Assembly (NCBI RefSeq): GCF_006345805.1
Contig: NC_043017.1
Location: 5,146,001-5,210,000 of the forward strand
Length of the DNA stretch: 64,000 bases
From: Octopus sinensis
Lineage: Eukaryota
Direction: 5' to 3'
Shown piece after piece: positions 12,810-27,679 of this stretch (position 1 is the first letter of the stretch; each line of letters begins with the position of its first letter). The translations under genes and the position numbers were made by a program. Below the pieces are notes generated by a model. That model was not told where the DNA came from. It saw only the letters and a program-made list of their open reading frames with translations, and ran no database searches.

Positions 12810-14090
12810 CAATGCACACACACACACACACACACACATGCACACACACATGCACACACACAAACATACATGCACACCCAGAAATGCACACACATACACA
12901 CTTGCACATCCATTCACATGACACATGTCCATTCATACACATACACACACACACACATCCTTTCACATACACATACACACATGCACACCCATTCACACAC
13001 ACACATCCATATAAACATCTACACACACATCTGTATATACATCCATTTACACACACACACACACACACATGCACAGCCATTCTCACACACCCATCCATTC
13101 ACTCACACACATACACACACAGCTATTCAAACTCGCACACACACACACACAGCCATTAACACATACACACATACATCCATTCACACATCCATACACATCC
13201 AGAAATGCAGACATCTACACACACATCCATATACATACCCATTTACAGACACACACACACACACACACATCTATTCACATATACATTCAGTCACACATGC
13301 ATCTTTTCACACATCCAGAAACACACACGTCCAAATATACACTCATTCAAACATACACACACACACACACACACACACATACACACACTACACACACATC
13401 ACATCACACACATACAACACACACAACACACACATACACACACACACACACATACACACACACACACATACACACACACACACAACACACACACACACAC
13501 ATACACACAACCACACATACACACACATCCACACATACACACACACACACATACACACACACACACATACACACACACACACATACACACACACACACAC
13601 ATACACACACACACACATACACACACACACACACACATACACACACACACACACATACACATTCACATCCTTCTTCTGGAACCTGCTTTATAATAGAACA
13701 AACTCACACACACACACACACATACACACACACACACACATGACACCACACACACATACACACACACACACACATACACACACACACACACATACACACA
13801 CACACACAACACACACACACATACACACACACACACACATACACACACACACACATACACACACACACACACATACACACACACACACATACACACACAC
13901 ACACACATACACACACACACACACATACACACATTCACATCCTTCTTCCTGGAACCTGCTTTATAATAGAACTCAAACACATACACGCACACACACACAT
14001 ACACTTGCTCATGCAAACACATACACACAGACGCACACACACACGCATGCACACATCCTTCTACTGGAACCTGACGTAGAACAGAACAAT
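12810..14090. repeat. Large (AC)n/(ACAT)n compound array with three copies of a ~45-bp unique spacer
   Basis: CATCCTTCTTCTGGAACCTGCTTTATAATAGAAC at 13659-13706 and 13931-13980, degenerate at 14052-14090. Confidence 0.9.
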
Positions 14091-14380
14091 GGCCACAGCC
14101 GGATTAGCTTTGTGTTCTGTTGTTGATAACAGAGGTACTTTGGTACAGAGCAAGGAAACGCATATGTAGGTACTCAGATGTACAATAAGCAGGACAGGGT
14201 ATCTGGGTACATAGGTAGACAGCTGGAAATGGGTGTGATTGACTGTCCTGTCCAAGACACCACATGAGCGTTCAGCTTTTGTCGAATGACCTGCACAGAT
14301 GGTTTGTTTATAGCGGTCAAATGTTTGTGCCGCACTCCATGTTAGTACCCGGCCATACACACCCAAATGAGCATCATATT

Positions 14381-15190
14381 GGTACACAGCCACACACGGC
14401 CAGGATAGTGTTGTGTAGATGGCTACATGGCCATACACAGCTAGTAGAGTATGTTGATAGCTACATGGACAAACATAAATAGTAGAGTGCTACATAGATG
14501 GCTACACAGCTATACACAACATGTAGAGCATTATGTAGATGACTACATGGCCATACACAATCAGTAAAGAGTTGTGTAGCTGGCTACATGGCCATATATA
14601 GCCAGTAGAGAATGTAAATGGCTACATGGCTATACACAATCAGTAGAGTTATGTAGATAGCCACATGGTCATTAACAGCCTGTAAAATGTTATGTCATGG
14701 CTACATGGACACACAGCCAGTAGAGCATTATGTAAATGGCTACATGGCCATATACAATCAGTAAAGAGTTATGTAGCTGGCTACATGGCCATACACAGCC
14801 TGTAGAGAATGTAAATGACTGCATGGCCATACACAGCCAGTCGAGAATTTAAATGGCCACATGGCCATACACAGCCAGTAGAGCATTATGTAGATGGCTA
14901 CATGACCATACACAATCACTAAAGAGTTATGTAGTTGGCTACATGGCCATACACAGCCAGTAGGGCTTTATGTAGATGGCTACATGGCCATGCAGTCTGC
15001 AGAGTGTTATGCTTGTACACAGCCAGAAAAGTGTTATGTAGATGGCTACATGGCCATGCACAACCAGTAAAGTTATGTAGATGGCTACATGGCCATGCAG
15101 TCAGTGAAGTATTATGTTAGTACACAGCCAGAAGAGTGTTATGTAGATGGCTACATGACCACGCACAGCCAGCTGAGTATTATGTAAGTA
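14381..15190. repeat. ~41-bp minisatellite (GTAGATGGCTACATGGCCATACACAGCCAGTAGAGCATTAT)
   Basis: About 19 diverged tandem units. Confidence 0.9.
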
Positions 15191-16381
15191 CACAAAGACC
15201 AATGTATAAATAATATGTTTACGCAATTGATTTATAGAACTAAATATATATTTAGTTTGGATCCAATGAAATCATGGCTGTAACAACAGTAGCAGCAGCA
15301 GCAGCAGCAGTGGTACATTGGTTACTAAGCCATACATGGTAACAGAAAGGCAAAATTAGATGCTCTACCGATTCTACCAGTCCACCACTTAACAACCAGT
15401 GTAACTAAATAGTATTAATGAAAAGCTCGTAACAAAACAAATATTTCTTTATTCAAACCAAATTTGATGTGGAGAGTTCGTTGAATTATTCTTATTTTCT
15501 AACTGTCCTTATTAATCAACCGTTATTAATTAATTATTAATTGTCGTTTTTTTTTATTTTAGACAAGCATCAATGTCTGTGTTTTTTTTATTTACTGTCA
15601 CAAAATAGGAAGTTAGAATTCAAGCCATTTTGAAATTGGGTCATTTTGAACAGAAATTGAATTGTTTTAACCTTCTGCAGTTTACTTGGCTCTGTGTGTG
15701 TGTGTGTGTGTGTGAGTGTTTGCATATGTGTATATCTGCTTATATATGCACACACACACACATATATATGTATGTATGTATTTGTGTGTGTGTATATGTA
15801 TATATATATATATTATTGTGTGTATATGTATATATATATTTATTATTGTGTGTGTATATATATATATGTTATTGTGTGTGTATGTATGTATATATATATA
15901 TATATATATTTGTATGTGTGTGTGTGTATATGCATTTGTGTGTGTGTATATATTTGCATAATTCTTTGCTACTATGCAAAAAGTGTTGTAAGTCCAAAAC
16001 GTTGCTTTTTTAGAAAATGAAAAAATAGCTTCACCATTCCATAGCAAAACCATTCTACTACACTTGGACAATTTTTGATATCTTGGCATCTGAAGCAGCT
16101 GGAGATAGGGATAGTTTGACCAAAAGAACCGGTTATTGCAGGCAAAAATAAATATTGAAAAAAAATTGCAGTTGGTCAAATTTGGACATATGACAGTTTA
16201 ACATAATAGCAACAATATGTATACATTGTATGTATATATATGTATTTGATGTATATGTTGTATGTGTCTATGTATATATGTACATATTGTATATATGTGT
16301 TTGTGTGTCTATATGTATTTATATTTGTATGTGTGTGTTTATGTATACACATACATATATCTATATATGTACATGTATATT

Positions 16382-16429
<48 letters not shown>

Positions 16430-16674
16430 GACACATGTATGTGTACACAAGAGACATGGTCATTCTATATTCACAACATCTGATAAGATGATGTTATGTG
16501 TGTAGATGAAATGTCATGTGATCACAACATAACTTTGTCAACAATAAGCGTTTGTCTGTGCCTAATCTCTCTCTCTCTCCCCGACAAGAATACACATAGT
16601 GATATATGGTGGGAGGAGGAGGTGGGGTAATGCTACAGGGACCGCAGTTGGCTCAGAGTCCATTTTGTTGTGTA

Positions 16675-17470
16675 TAGTTACTGTTGCTAGATAGTATATC
16701 AATCTGTAGCCATAGTGACAGTCACTTGGTAGCAACGTATGTTTAGTTACTGTTGCTATGTAGGACATCAGTCTATAGTTACTGTTGCTATGTAGGACAT
16801 CAGTCTATAGTTACTGTTGCTATGTAGGACATCAGTCTATAGTTACTGTTGCTATGTTGCCTGTTAGTCTACTGTTTCTGTTGCTAGGTAGTCTACCATC
16901 CTATTGTTTCTGTTGCTAAGCCATCCATCAGTCCTTAGTTACTGTTGCTAGGTGGTTTAGGTGGTCCATCAGTTCATAATTTCTATTGCTTGATAGCTCA
17001 TGTGTCTATAGTTACTGTTGCTACGTAACCTACAAGTCTATAGTTACTGTTGCTAGCTAGATCATCAGTCCATAGTTACTGTTGTGGGGTAGTCCATGAG
17101 CCCTTAGTTACTGTTGCTAGATGGTCCATCAGTCCATAGTTTCTGTTGCTAAGCAGTCAGTCCATAGTTACTCCTGTTAGATAGTGTATGTAGTCACTCT
17201 TGCTAAGCAGTCCATATTCATTGTTCTAGCAAGTTACTGTTGCTAGGTAAGCATATCAGTCTATACTTATTGTTGCTATGTAAACCCACAAGTCTATAGT
17301 TACTGTTGCTAAGCAGTCAGTCCATAGTTACTCTTGCTAGGTAGTGTATGTAGTCACTGTTGCTGAGTGGTCCATATTCATTGTTGCTAGGCAATCTAGC
17401 AGCCTGTAGTCTCTGTTGCTAGGCAGTTCAGCTCTCTAGCATCACTGTTGCTAGGCAGTTCAACGGTCCA
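16675..17470. repeat. ~32-bp minisatellite (ATCAGTCTATAGTTACTGTTGCTATGTAGGAC)
   Basis: Three near-identical units at 16745-16860, diverging outward. Confidence 0.9.
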
Positions 17471-18191
17471 TACTTACCATTTCTTATTAGTTAACAGAAA
17501 TGCAGAATCCTTCACCATTTCTTGAGACAAACATCTTCATCAATATTTATCTCTTTGTTAGAATTCAGATCTTCTACTCGGCTGTTCTCCCATTTCTGAG
17601 AATCTTCTTTTCTCGATATGAAATACAGATTCATACAACATGGAGATGCAGCTGAGTCAGTGATGTTGTGGTGTGTATGCCTTTACCATGTGTATCAGTA
17701 AAAGGAGCTCTTTCTGCTTGTATGCATTTCTTTTATGGATTGTCTCCAAACAAAACACACGTGAGCTGTTTAAGTCTCCGGTAATTAACTTATGACAGTC
17801 CAGGAACACCTTCTCACTGACAGTTTACTACTACTACTACTACTTACTACTACTACTACTACTGCTGCTGCTGCTACTACCACCACCACCACCACCACCA
17901 CTACCACCATCACCACTACTACTGCAACCACCACCACCACTGCTACTACCATCACCACTACCATCTACTATATGTATTATATAGATATACATACATATGT
18001 ATATTTATACACACACACACACACATACACAAAGTATACTATGTATATATACACACACACACACAGTGTACTATATATATATATATATATATATATAAGT
18101 ATGTATATATAGTATACTATGTATAAAACTCTGCAAGGCAAGCCCCAGCATGGCCACAGTCTCATGATTGAAATAAGTAAAAGAGATATAC

Positions 18192-18263
<72 letters not shown>

Positions 18264-20255
18264 TGATAGGTATGGACATACACACACTGTGTGTGTTTCT
18301 TTGCTCATTTGGTATTGTGATGACTTTCCTGGGGATCTTTTAGTTCAACAATAGGAGAAAGAGGAGAGGTAGGAGGAGGAGGTGAAGAGGAATGAGGCTA
18401 CTGTTAGCTGTGTCTAGGAAGGGAGGGAGGGAGGAGTGGGGGTTGATCAGCTGGGTGGGGACAATAGGTTTCTATTGACTACTGAGAAGACATGGGGTGG
18501 TTGTGGTGGGTAGAGGGTGAAGTGATAATGGTGGAGAGAAAGTGGGAAGAAAGGGAGGTAACAGCTGATTAGATCAGCAATAGTCTTAGTAGTAGTAGTG
18601 GTAGTAGTAGTGGTGGTGGTGTGGTGGATTGTTAGGTGTGATGGTCATGGTGGTATTGGTGGTGGTGGTGGTAGTGGTTAGATGTGATGCTGATGGCAAC
18701 TTGAAGGACAGTGTGTGTTGATGGTCATGGTGGTGGTGTTAGTGGTGATTGTATGGTTGTGTGGGTGGTGGTGGTGGTGGTGGTGGTGGTGGTGGTGGTA
18801 GTAGCGAGTGTACTGTTGTGAGATGATGAGGGTGTTGACAATTGTGCTATTGTGAGGTAGTGTTGGTAATTGTACTGTGGTGAAGTTGTGATGGTGATAG
18901 TAGTAATAATTGTGCTGTTGTGAGATGGTGGTAGCAGTGGTGGGAAATGTGCCGTTGTTAGGCAATAGTATTAATGTTAGTAATTGTGCTGTTGTGAGGT
19001 TGTTGTGTTAGTGGTGGTAATAGTACTGTTGTGAGTTGGTTGTGATAGTAGTGATAATTGTGCTGTTGTGAGATGGTGGTAGCAGTGGTAGTAAAAGTGC
19101 AGCTGTTAGGCAGTAGTGTTAGTGTTGATAATTGTGCTGTTGTGACGTGGTGGTAGTGACAATGATTTTGGTGTTGTGTGGCGGTGGTCATGGCTGCAGT
19201 GTTGTGAGTGAGAGATTGTGTTAATGGTTGCAATTATGAAGTGATGTGAGGTGCTGGTGGTGTTTGCTACGGTGATTGTAATCCCAATGGAAACTGTACT
19301 GAGTGGGAAATGAGAATGTAAACAGATTTTCTCTATTCTCACAGGACACCATGTCATGTGAGGAAGGTTGTGTGTGCATGTGTATGCACACATATATGCA
19401 TATATGTGTGCATATATGTATATATATATATATACATATACACATGCATGCATACATACAACATATGTGTGTGTATGTATGCATATGTACATATGCATAC
19501 ATATGCACACACACATATGTTGTATGTATGTATGCATGCTTGTATATATATATATGCATGTGTGTGTGTATATATATATATATATGTGTGTATATATATA
19601 TACATATGTATGTATATATACATTTATATGCAGGTATGCATATATGTATGTGTATGTATGCATATGTGTATGTATATATATATGTGTGTGTGTATATATA
19701 TATATACATATGTATGTATGTATATATACATTTATATGAAGGTATGCATATATGTATGTGCATGTATGCATATGTGTATGTATATATATATGTGTGTGTG
19801 TGTATAGATGTATGTGTGTGTATATATATATGTATGTATGTCTCCCTATTTATATATAATCACACACCACTGCCTCCCCCACACCCACCCACCCACGCAC
19901 GTGCAGACAATGCAAAGGGACATTGTCTTCATTATTTGCCATAAATTTGAACAGGAAATCCAGAGGATGGATGGATTGAATGCCTGAGTGATTTCAAGGG
20001 TCAGATTCCACAATTAACCAAGGGCTGGATGGCGAATAGTTATCAGATAAGTAAATAAAGAAAACAAATAAATAAATATTCTTTTGCTAAATTGGAAAGA
20101 TGGTGGTAGGGGTGGTGAGAGAATTTAATTGTTAATCTGTCAGCAGAGTCCAGTTTGCTGCCAGTGTGTTAAGACCAAAGACTCTAGTTTCTTCTGCCAG
20201 TCTCAGAGGCCCTATCAAAAGGTCAGAGCTACTGTTGCCCTTCCATCATGAGCTA

Positions 20256-20296
<41 letters not shown>

Positions 20297-20300
20297 TATT

Positions 20301-20605
20301 GTGGAGACGAAATGGCCCAGTGGTTAGGGCAGCAGACTCACAGTCGGAGGATCGCGATTTCGATTCCTAGACTGGGCGTTGTGTGTGTTTATTGAGTGAA
20401 AATGGCTATAGCTCCAGGAGGCTCCAGCAGGGAGTGGTGGTGACCCCTGTTGTACTTTTTCACACCAACTTTCTCTCACTCTCTCTTCCTGTTTCTTGAG
20501 TAACTCTACAATGGACTGGTGTCCTGTCCAGCTGGGGGGAACACATACGCCACAGAAACTGGGAAACCGGGCCCATGAGCCTGGTTAGGCTTGGAAAGGG
20601 TGCAT
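20301..20605 (+). mobile_element. tRNA-derived SINE family E with V-domain-like block
   Basis: GGCCCAGTGGTTAGGGC...TTCGATTCC head; ATGGACTGGTGTCCTGTCCAG resembles the V-SINE central motif. Confidence 0.7.
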
Positions 20606-20626
20606 AAATAAAATAATAATAATAAT

Positions 20627-20880
20627 AAATTCTTTTATTAGTCACAAGGGCCTACGTAAAGCAACATTAAAGGACATACAACAACATAAAAGACAACACA
20701 AGACGAGACAAAGGGTTTTCGACGAGTAAACAATAAAAAACAATGTAAAACTCCCTGTAGGGAAGGTATTTTAAAGGTCCTTGTGGAAAAACCCTCAAAA
20801 GCTATGGGTGCCTGATCAACAGGGCAAGAGCCCTTCTCCTTTAATTTTTCATAAGTGTATGCTCAGAACTGGTCCTAAGC
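20627..20880 (-). mobile_element. LINE 3' end (L1/Tx1-like, tentative) in (AAT)n
   Basis: Minus strand ends ...GTAGGCCCTTGTGACTAATAAAAGAATTT(ATT)n after a GT-rich 3' UTR; (AAT)n on both sides. Confidence 0.45.
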
Positions 20881-20915
<35 letters not shown>

Positions 20916-21220
20916 CCTTTCTGCTATAGGCACAAGGCTTGAAATTTTGGGAAGGGATTAAGTCAATTATATTGGCCCCAGTACTAGTATTTAATTTATC
21001 AACCCTGAAAGGATGAAAGGTAAAGTCAACCTCAGTGGAATTTGAACTCAGAACGTGGTGACAATAATATTATACTATGCTTTGGAATAAGTGCTAGGGT
21101 AGATTTGTTTGATTAAACTCTTGATGGTGGTGCCCCAGCATGGCCAGTTTAATGACTGAAGCAAGTAAAAAATAAAAGATATATGTGTCTCTGTGTATGT
21201 ATATATATATATATATATAT

Positions 21221-21424
21221 TCTTTTACTTGTGGCCGTGCTGGAGCACTGCCTTTAGTTGAACAAATCAACCCCAGGACTTATTCTTTGTAGGCCTAGTA
21301 CTTATTCTATTGCACTCTTTTGCTGAACCACTAAGTGACAAGGACATAAACACACCAACATCAGTTGTCAAGCAATGTTGGGGGGGGGGGTGCAAACAGA
21401 TACAAATAACAAATACACACATGC

Positions 21425-21466
<42 letters not shown>

Positions 21467-21685
21467 ACACACTCAGAGAGAGATAAATAGATAGATAGAT
21501 AGATAGATAGATATATACACACGACAGGCTTCTTTCAGTTTCTGTCTACCAAATCTGCACACGAGGCTTTGGTCGGCCGAAGACTATAGTAGAAGACACT
21601 TGCCCCAGGTGCCATGCAGTGGGACTGAACTCGGAAACATGTGGTTGGGAAGCAAGCTTCTTACCACACAGCCACTCCTGCACCT
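21221..21685 (-). mobile_element. SINE family A
   Basis: Reverse-complement homology to 5792-6196. Confidence 0.85.
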
Positions 21686-21689
21686 ATTA

Positions 21690-21731
<42 letters not shown>

Positions 21732-23344
21732 TTGTGGTGTTAGTGGTAATTGTATATCTTTGTGTGTGTCTGCGTCTGCACTGCCCCTGTTTGCCTGTTG
21801 GTGTTGGGGTTAGTTTATATCCCCATAACATATTTCTTCATCAAGGGACAAAAGCGACCGATAAAATAAATACCAGTTTTTTAAAAAAAATACATACTGG
21901 GGTCAGTTTGTTCAGCTTAACCCTTCATGGCAGTGCCCCAGCATGGCCGCAGGCCAATGACAGAAGCAAGTAGAAGCTAGATAATTTGAGAGATTAACTT
22001 GCTGCATATAGGGATCATAATGAACGTGGATGCTAAATAAAGCTGGGCCCTTATTTACACAAAGTATTAAGGAGCTGTGTACTATATATTGATCTATTGA
22101 TCCCTCCCCTGACTGTCTCTTCCTGTTTCTATTTTTGTTTTGTTTTTTGTTTGTTGTTTTTTTTGTTTACTGAGGTTGGTTAGGGGTGAGGTTGGGGGGA
22201 AGATAAGACTTTTAAAATAACTATTCTTTTTCTGGAAGTATGACACATGGAGAGAGGGGAAGAGAGTGGGAGAACAAGGGAGAGATGAAGGGAGGGGAAA
22301 AGAGCGATAGAGAGTGAGAGAACAAGAGATGAAGAGAGAGAGAGTGGGAGAGAGAGAGAGAACAAGAAAGTGAGAGAGATGGATGGAGAGAAGAGAACAA
22401 GAGTGAGAGACATGGAGGGAAAGAGAGAATGAGAGAGAGAGAGAAAAAGAATGAGAGAGAGAGATACACAGAGAGAGATGGAGAGGGAGAGAACAATGGA
22501 GAGATGAAGAAAGAGAAAGGGAGAGAGAAAGAACAAGAGAGTGAGAGAGATTGTGGGAGTGAGAGATAAAAAGAGAGAGGAAGACAGAGAGAGAGAGAGT
22601 TGAGAGGTTGAGTGTCCTGCTAGGGTTTTTATCCCTGGCTGTCAGGATGTCTTGTGAGGTGTGTAAAAAGTTGTTGGGTAAACACAGTTGTTTTATGTCC
22701 ACTTCTGGGTGGAGTAGGGGTGCCGGGTGGGGGGGGAGCAGAAGGGACAGAAACAAAGAAGAGACAGTGGGGGGGGTGCGATGATGGAGGGTCCAGAGGA
22801 GAAAAACAAACAAAGTGTAAAAAATAAAAAAAAACAGAAACAGAGAGAGAGAAGAGAGAGAGAGAGAGAGATGCTGGATTTGGGTAGAAGGCAGAGGAGG
22901 GGGAAATTAATCAGTTGGTCTGAGATATGGTGACATTTCTGCTACTGTAACTACATGTAGATTAATTTTAAACAATGGGAGGGGGGTAATTTCCTACCTG
23001 CTCTCCTCCACCACCACCACCACCACCACCCTGCTCCTTTTGACTTAGTTGTAGGCACAGCTGTGTGGTTAGGAGGCTCGCTTTGCAACCATGTGGTTTC
23101 AGGTTCAATTCCAGTTGCGTGGACATCATAACAAAAGTGTTTTTTCCTATTACATCTCCGGGGCTTTAAGGGTTTTAAGATAAACAAATTGAACCCACCC
23201 ACCCCCAGTACTTGCTTTTTTAAACCTGCTACTTTTTTTTTTCTGACTAAAACACTCTGCAAAGTGCTGCCCTAGCTTGGCCACAGTCCAATGATTGAAC
23301 AAATAAAAGACTAAAGATTGATTAAATTATTGTTGCTATACACA

Positions 23345-23567
23345 GGCACGGTAGCCTCGACTGGCTTCCATGCCGGTGGCACGTAAAAAGCACCCACTAC
23401 ACTCACGGAGTGGTTGGCATTAGGAAGGGCATCCAGCTGTAGAAACACTGCCAGATCTGACTGGAGCCTGGTGCAGCCTCCTGGCTTCCCAGACCCCGGT
23501 CAAACCGTCCAACCCATGCTAGCATGGAAAAGAGACATTAAATGATGATGATGATGATGATGATGAT
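23345..23567 (+). mobile_element. Family C 3' end
   Basis: GTTGGCATTAGGAAGGGCATCCAGCTGTAG ... CATGCTAGCATGGAAAAG...AAATGATGATG. Confidence 0.85.
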
Positions 23568-24242
23568 ACAGTGTTGACCAAAAGACAGAAGTTCGTTAGC
23601 AGTCAAGGTGAAAATTTACTGATTAATTAATATATTAGCCAGGCCAATAGTTTAATGATTTCACACCCGTTATCACATCTATCTTTATCATTCTTACTTA
23701 TATCAATTAATTTAAATTTGCAAAGTTGAATTAAAACTATGTAGATTGGTCAATAGTATAATAATTACTGGCATTCGTTATCACATCTGTCTGTTCTTTA
23801 TATAAATTAAGTTGAATTAGTGAGATTAAAATTGAAAAGTAAATGAGAAACGTAGAAGCTCAGATTTAACTAACTGTAAGAGAGATGTGATATCATGTAC
23901 TGGGAGAAATAAGTTACTCACCAAAAGATGGTCTGTTCTGTTTGTGTATATGAATGTGTATACAGGAATGTTGGTATATACATATACACACACACACACT
24001 TAAGCCTATACATACGCACTTGCACAAAGCTTTGTGAGTGAACTGGTAGATGGAAACTGAAAGAAGCTAATTGTAGATATATCATCATCATCCTCGTTTA
24101 ACGCCCGTTTTCCATGCAAACGTGGGTTGGAAGGTTCGACTGGGGTCTGGGAAGCCAGGAGGTTGCACCTGACTCCAGTCTGATCTAGCAGTGTTTCTAC
24201 AGCTGGATGCCCTTCCTAACGCCATGTATATATTATTTTCTA

Positions 24243-24282
<40 letters not shown>

Positions 24283-24291
24283 TATTTTCTA

Positions 24292-24356
<65 letters not shown>

Positions 24357-24366
24357 ATGCATATAT

Positions 24367-24857
24367 GGGTACAGGACGTTACCAACTGTGTAAATAACAT
24401 GAATACATAAACTAACTAGTTAAATACCCTTCATCAGTTGTTGGCTGTTTATCTATTCCCCATTTCGAGCATTCAATGACAATATGAGTTTTCGAAGACA
24501 GTTGCTCCCATAAATTCTAAGATAAAATTTAGGATTTATGGAGGGTCAAAGTTGGGAGCAAAAACAGGACATTGGAGACATACAAGGAAACTGAGTGAAA
24601 AGAAACATGGAGGGTCGTTAGACCAGAACGAGAGGAAAATAGTGAACGCTGGGAGAAATATTTTCTTTGAAAAGAGAAAAGATTGAAGAGAGAGAAAAAA
24701 ATGTCCTGTCCTTTGAGCGTCCGTGCTGGAAAAGAAAGATGGTCACGTGAGGAAAAGATGGATGATGGTCAGATATGAGCAATGAGAGAGAGAGAAAAAA
24801 AGAGAAAGAGGAAGAGACAGATAGATAGAAAACAGTGAGGGGGGAGAAAAAGGGACA
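24367..24857 (-). mobile_element. Probable Penelope-like fragment in (TA)n
   Basis: Unique ~490 bp between (TA)n tracts; minus strand has CTGATGAAGGG and GCTCGAAA motifs; GGGTACAGGAC end recurs at ~37600. Confidence 0.35.
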
Positions 24858-24892
24858 TATATATATATATATATTATATATATATATATATA

Positions 24893-25202
24893 CAGCAATC
24901 CCTTGCCATATCGCAGTTCACCTATTGCGGTTTATTATTTAAGCTTATGTCAATTCCTCCGTGGTGTTGTTTTCCATTTATTTTAAAATAAATATATTTA
25001 TCTTATTTTATTTTTTATTTTATCTAGTTTCAGCCCACGGGCTGTGGCCATGCTGGGGCACCGCCATTTATATACAAATTATAAAAATAATTTTAAAAAA
25101 AATATAATACAGTTTCTGTTATAATACTGTTTCTACTTTGTGGATTTTCACCTATTGTGGTGGGGTGGAACGTAACACCCCGCAATAGTCAAGGGATTAC
25201 TG
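24893..25202. mobile_element. pogo/Tigger-like MITE, second copy
   Basis: TA|CAGCAATCCCTTG ... CAAGGGATTACTG|TA; homologous to 10406-10811; small SINE-end insertion near 25000-25055. Confidence 0.8.
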
Positions 25203-26012
25203 TATGTGTGTCTGTCTGTTTGTCCTCACACCTCTGCTTGATAACCAATGTTGTTGGATGGTGGTGGTGGTGGTGGTGGTGGTGGTGGTGGGAGGAGAAT
25301 CTATTTTGTATGATGTTGAGTTTATGATTGGTGCGTGTGTGTGTATGTGTGTGTGTGTGCATGTGTGTGTGTGTGCATGTGTGTGTATGTGTGTGTGTGT
25401 GAGAGAGTGAGAGTGAGTCCATGAGAGTGTGTGTATGAATGTGTGTACAAATGTATGTGTGCATTAAAGAGTATGTGTGAATGAATGTGTGTATGTCAGA
25501 AAGTGATTTGTGTAACAGAGTGTGTGTGTATGTGTACAAATGTATGTGTGTGTTAATGAGTGTGTGTGTATAACTGTGTATGTGTGTACATGTATGAGTG
25601 TATGCGTTTTTGTGTGTGCATGTACGAATGTGCGTGTGTATGTGTATATGTGTATAAGTGTGTGTGAGCAGTTATATGTGTATATGTGTATATGTGTATA
25701 AGTGTGTGTGTGTTGGACAAACAAGGAGAGACAAAACGAAGATGATTGTTAATTAATAATTAACAAACTTTGTTTTAATTCCTCTCACAATGACAACAAC
25801 AACAACATTACAATTAGGTGAGAGAAACATTTCCAGGGCAGAAAATCTCAAAGAAGTCTGTCACCCTCTTTCTTTAGTTCTTTTTTTCCTTCTGTGTCTC
25901 TCATTTCATTTGCTGTGTGCCTCCAGCTCCCCGGTGCCCCAGTTCTTTCTGTATTGGATGACACAGAGACAACACAAGGGGTGAAGCAGCTGGATTAGTA
26001 ATCACAAAGGGG

Positions 26013-26112
26013 NNNNNNNNNNNNNNNNNNNNNNNNNNNNNNNNNNNNNNNNNNNNNNNNNNNNNNNNNNNNNNNNNNNNNNNNNNNNNNNNNNNNNNNN
26101 NNNNNNNNNNNN
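26013..26112. other. Assembly gap (100 N)
   Basis: Run of N. Confidence 1.
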
Positions 26113-27679
26113 TGCATATATACACATACTCACACACATATGTATATATACACATGCACACACACGTATACACATATATATACACACATCTATACACACA
26201 TCTATACTCATATATACACACATATATACATACATACACACATAATACATATACACATATATAGATACACACACACATAAGTGCATATATACACATGCAC
26301 ACACACATATCCACATATATACACATACATATAGACACATATACTCATATACACATATATACATACACACACATAATACATATACACATATATACACATA
26401 CATATAGACACATATACTCATACACACATATATACATATACACACACATACATGCATACATACATACACACACACATACATGCATAAATACATACACACA
26501 CACACACACACATACATATACACATATATAGACACACACACACAGGCAAACACATACATACAGAAAAATTGAGACTCAGTTTTTCTGGAATTTATCAACT
26601 TTGTCAACGTGGCTATATTTATTTATTTATTTGTTTATTTATTTTTATTATGCGGTTTGTAACTTTATCAGTTCAACTTCACAGGTGTCAGATATATCAC
26701 ACCTGAGGTTTTTTTTTTTTGTGGTTTAGTTATTTTCTTATCATAGAATTAGCAGAAGCCATTGAAAGGGGGGCCTCACTCTCCTACCAGCACCCCACCC
26801 CCGTACCTCCTTCCCTCCACCCCATCAAAATTCACCTTGCCTCCACCTCCTCCTCCTCTTCCTCCAACATAATAAATAGGTTTCTTTGTTTCATATACAT
26901 TGTTGTCATATCAATAGCTGGAACTCTGTAACTGCATCATGGTGGTGGTGGTGGTGTTCATGATGATGGCGGTGTTGATAGTGATGCTGATGGTGGTGGT
27001 GGTGGTGGTGATGATATTGATGATGATAAAGTGATTCTCCTAATAAAATGTGATAAACTCTTATAACTTAACAAGCGGAGCTTGTTTGGCACTTCATCAG
27101 AAACAATTTACACACACGTGTATATCTGTGTGTGTGTTTATATATATATATATGGTGCTTTTTACATGCCAGGGGAGGCTGGCAACAGCCACGATCGGTT
27201 GGCGGTTTTTACCGACACGTGGCCTCTGTGCCGGTGGCACATAAAAAGCACCAACCAGTCGTGGCTTCTTTCAGTTTTCCTCTACACAGTTTGCTTGGAC
27301 AGCTTTGGTTGACCTGGGGCTTTAGTAGGGGACATTTGCCCAAGGTGCCACACAGTGGAATTGAACTCAAGACCACATGGATGAGAAGCAGACCTCTTAA
27401 CCCTACAGCTATGCCTGTGTCTAGACACGCCCAATTATGTGCATCTTTTTTATCTTACTTCTTACTTGTTTCAGACGTTAGACTGTGGCCATGCTGGGGC
27501 AGCATCCCGAATTTTTAGTTGAACGAAGCAACCCCAGTTCTTCTCTTTTAAGCCAAGTACTTATACTATCAATCTTTTTTGGTGAGCTGCTAAGTTACAG
27601 GGATGTAAACACACCATCATTGGTCATCAGGTGTTCATATATATAGATATATACATGACGGGCTTACAATTGTCCAAGG

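Noticed and set aside
12632-14126. Long His/Thr-rich ORFs (up to 494 aa) and Cys/Val-rich antisense ORFs
   Set aside because: Translations of (AC)n/(ACAT)n microsatellite, which lacks stops by composition.
27062-27110. Minus-strand CTGATGA followed by a 6-bp hairpin (ACAAGC/GCTTGT)
   Set aside because: No stem II, no GAAA and poor stem I; not a supportable hammerhead.
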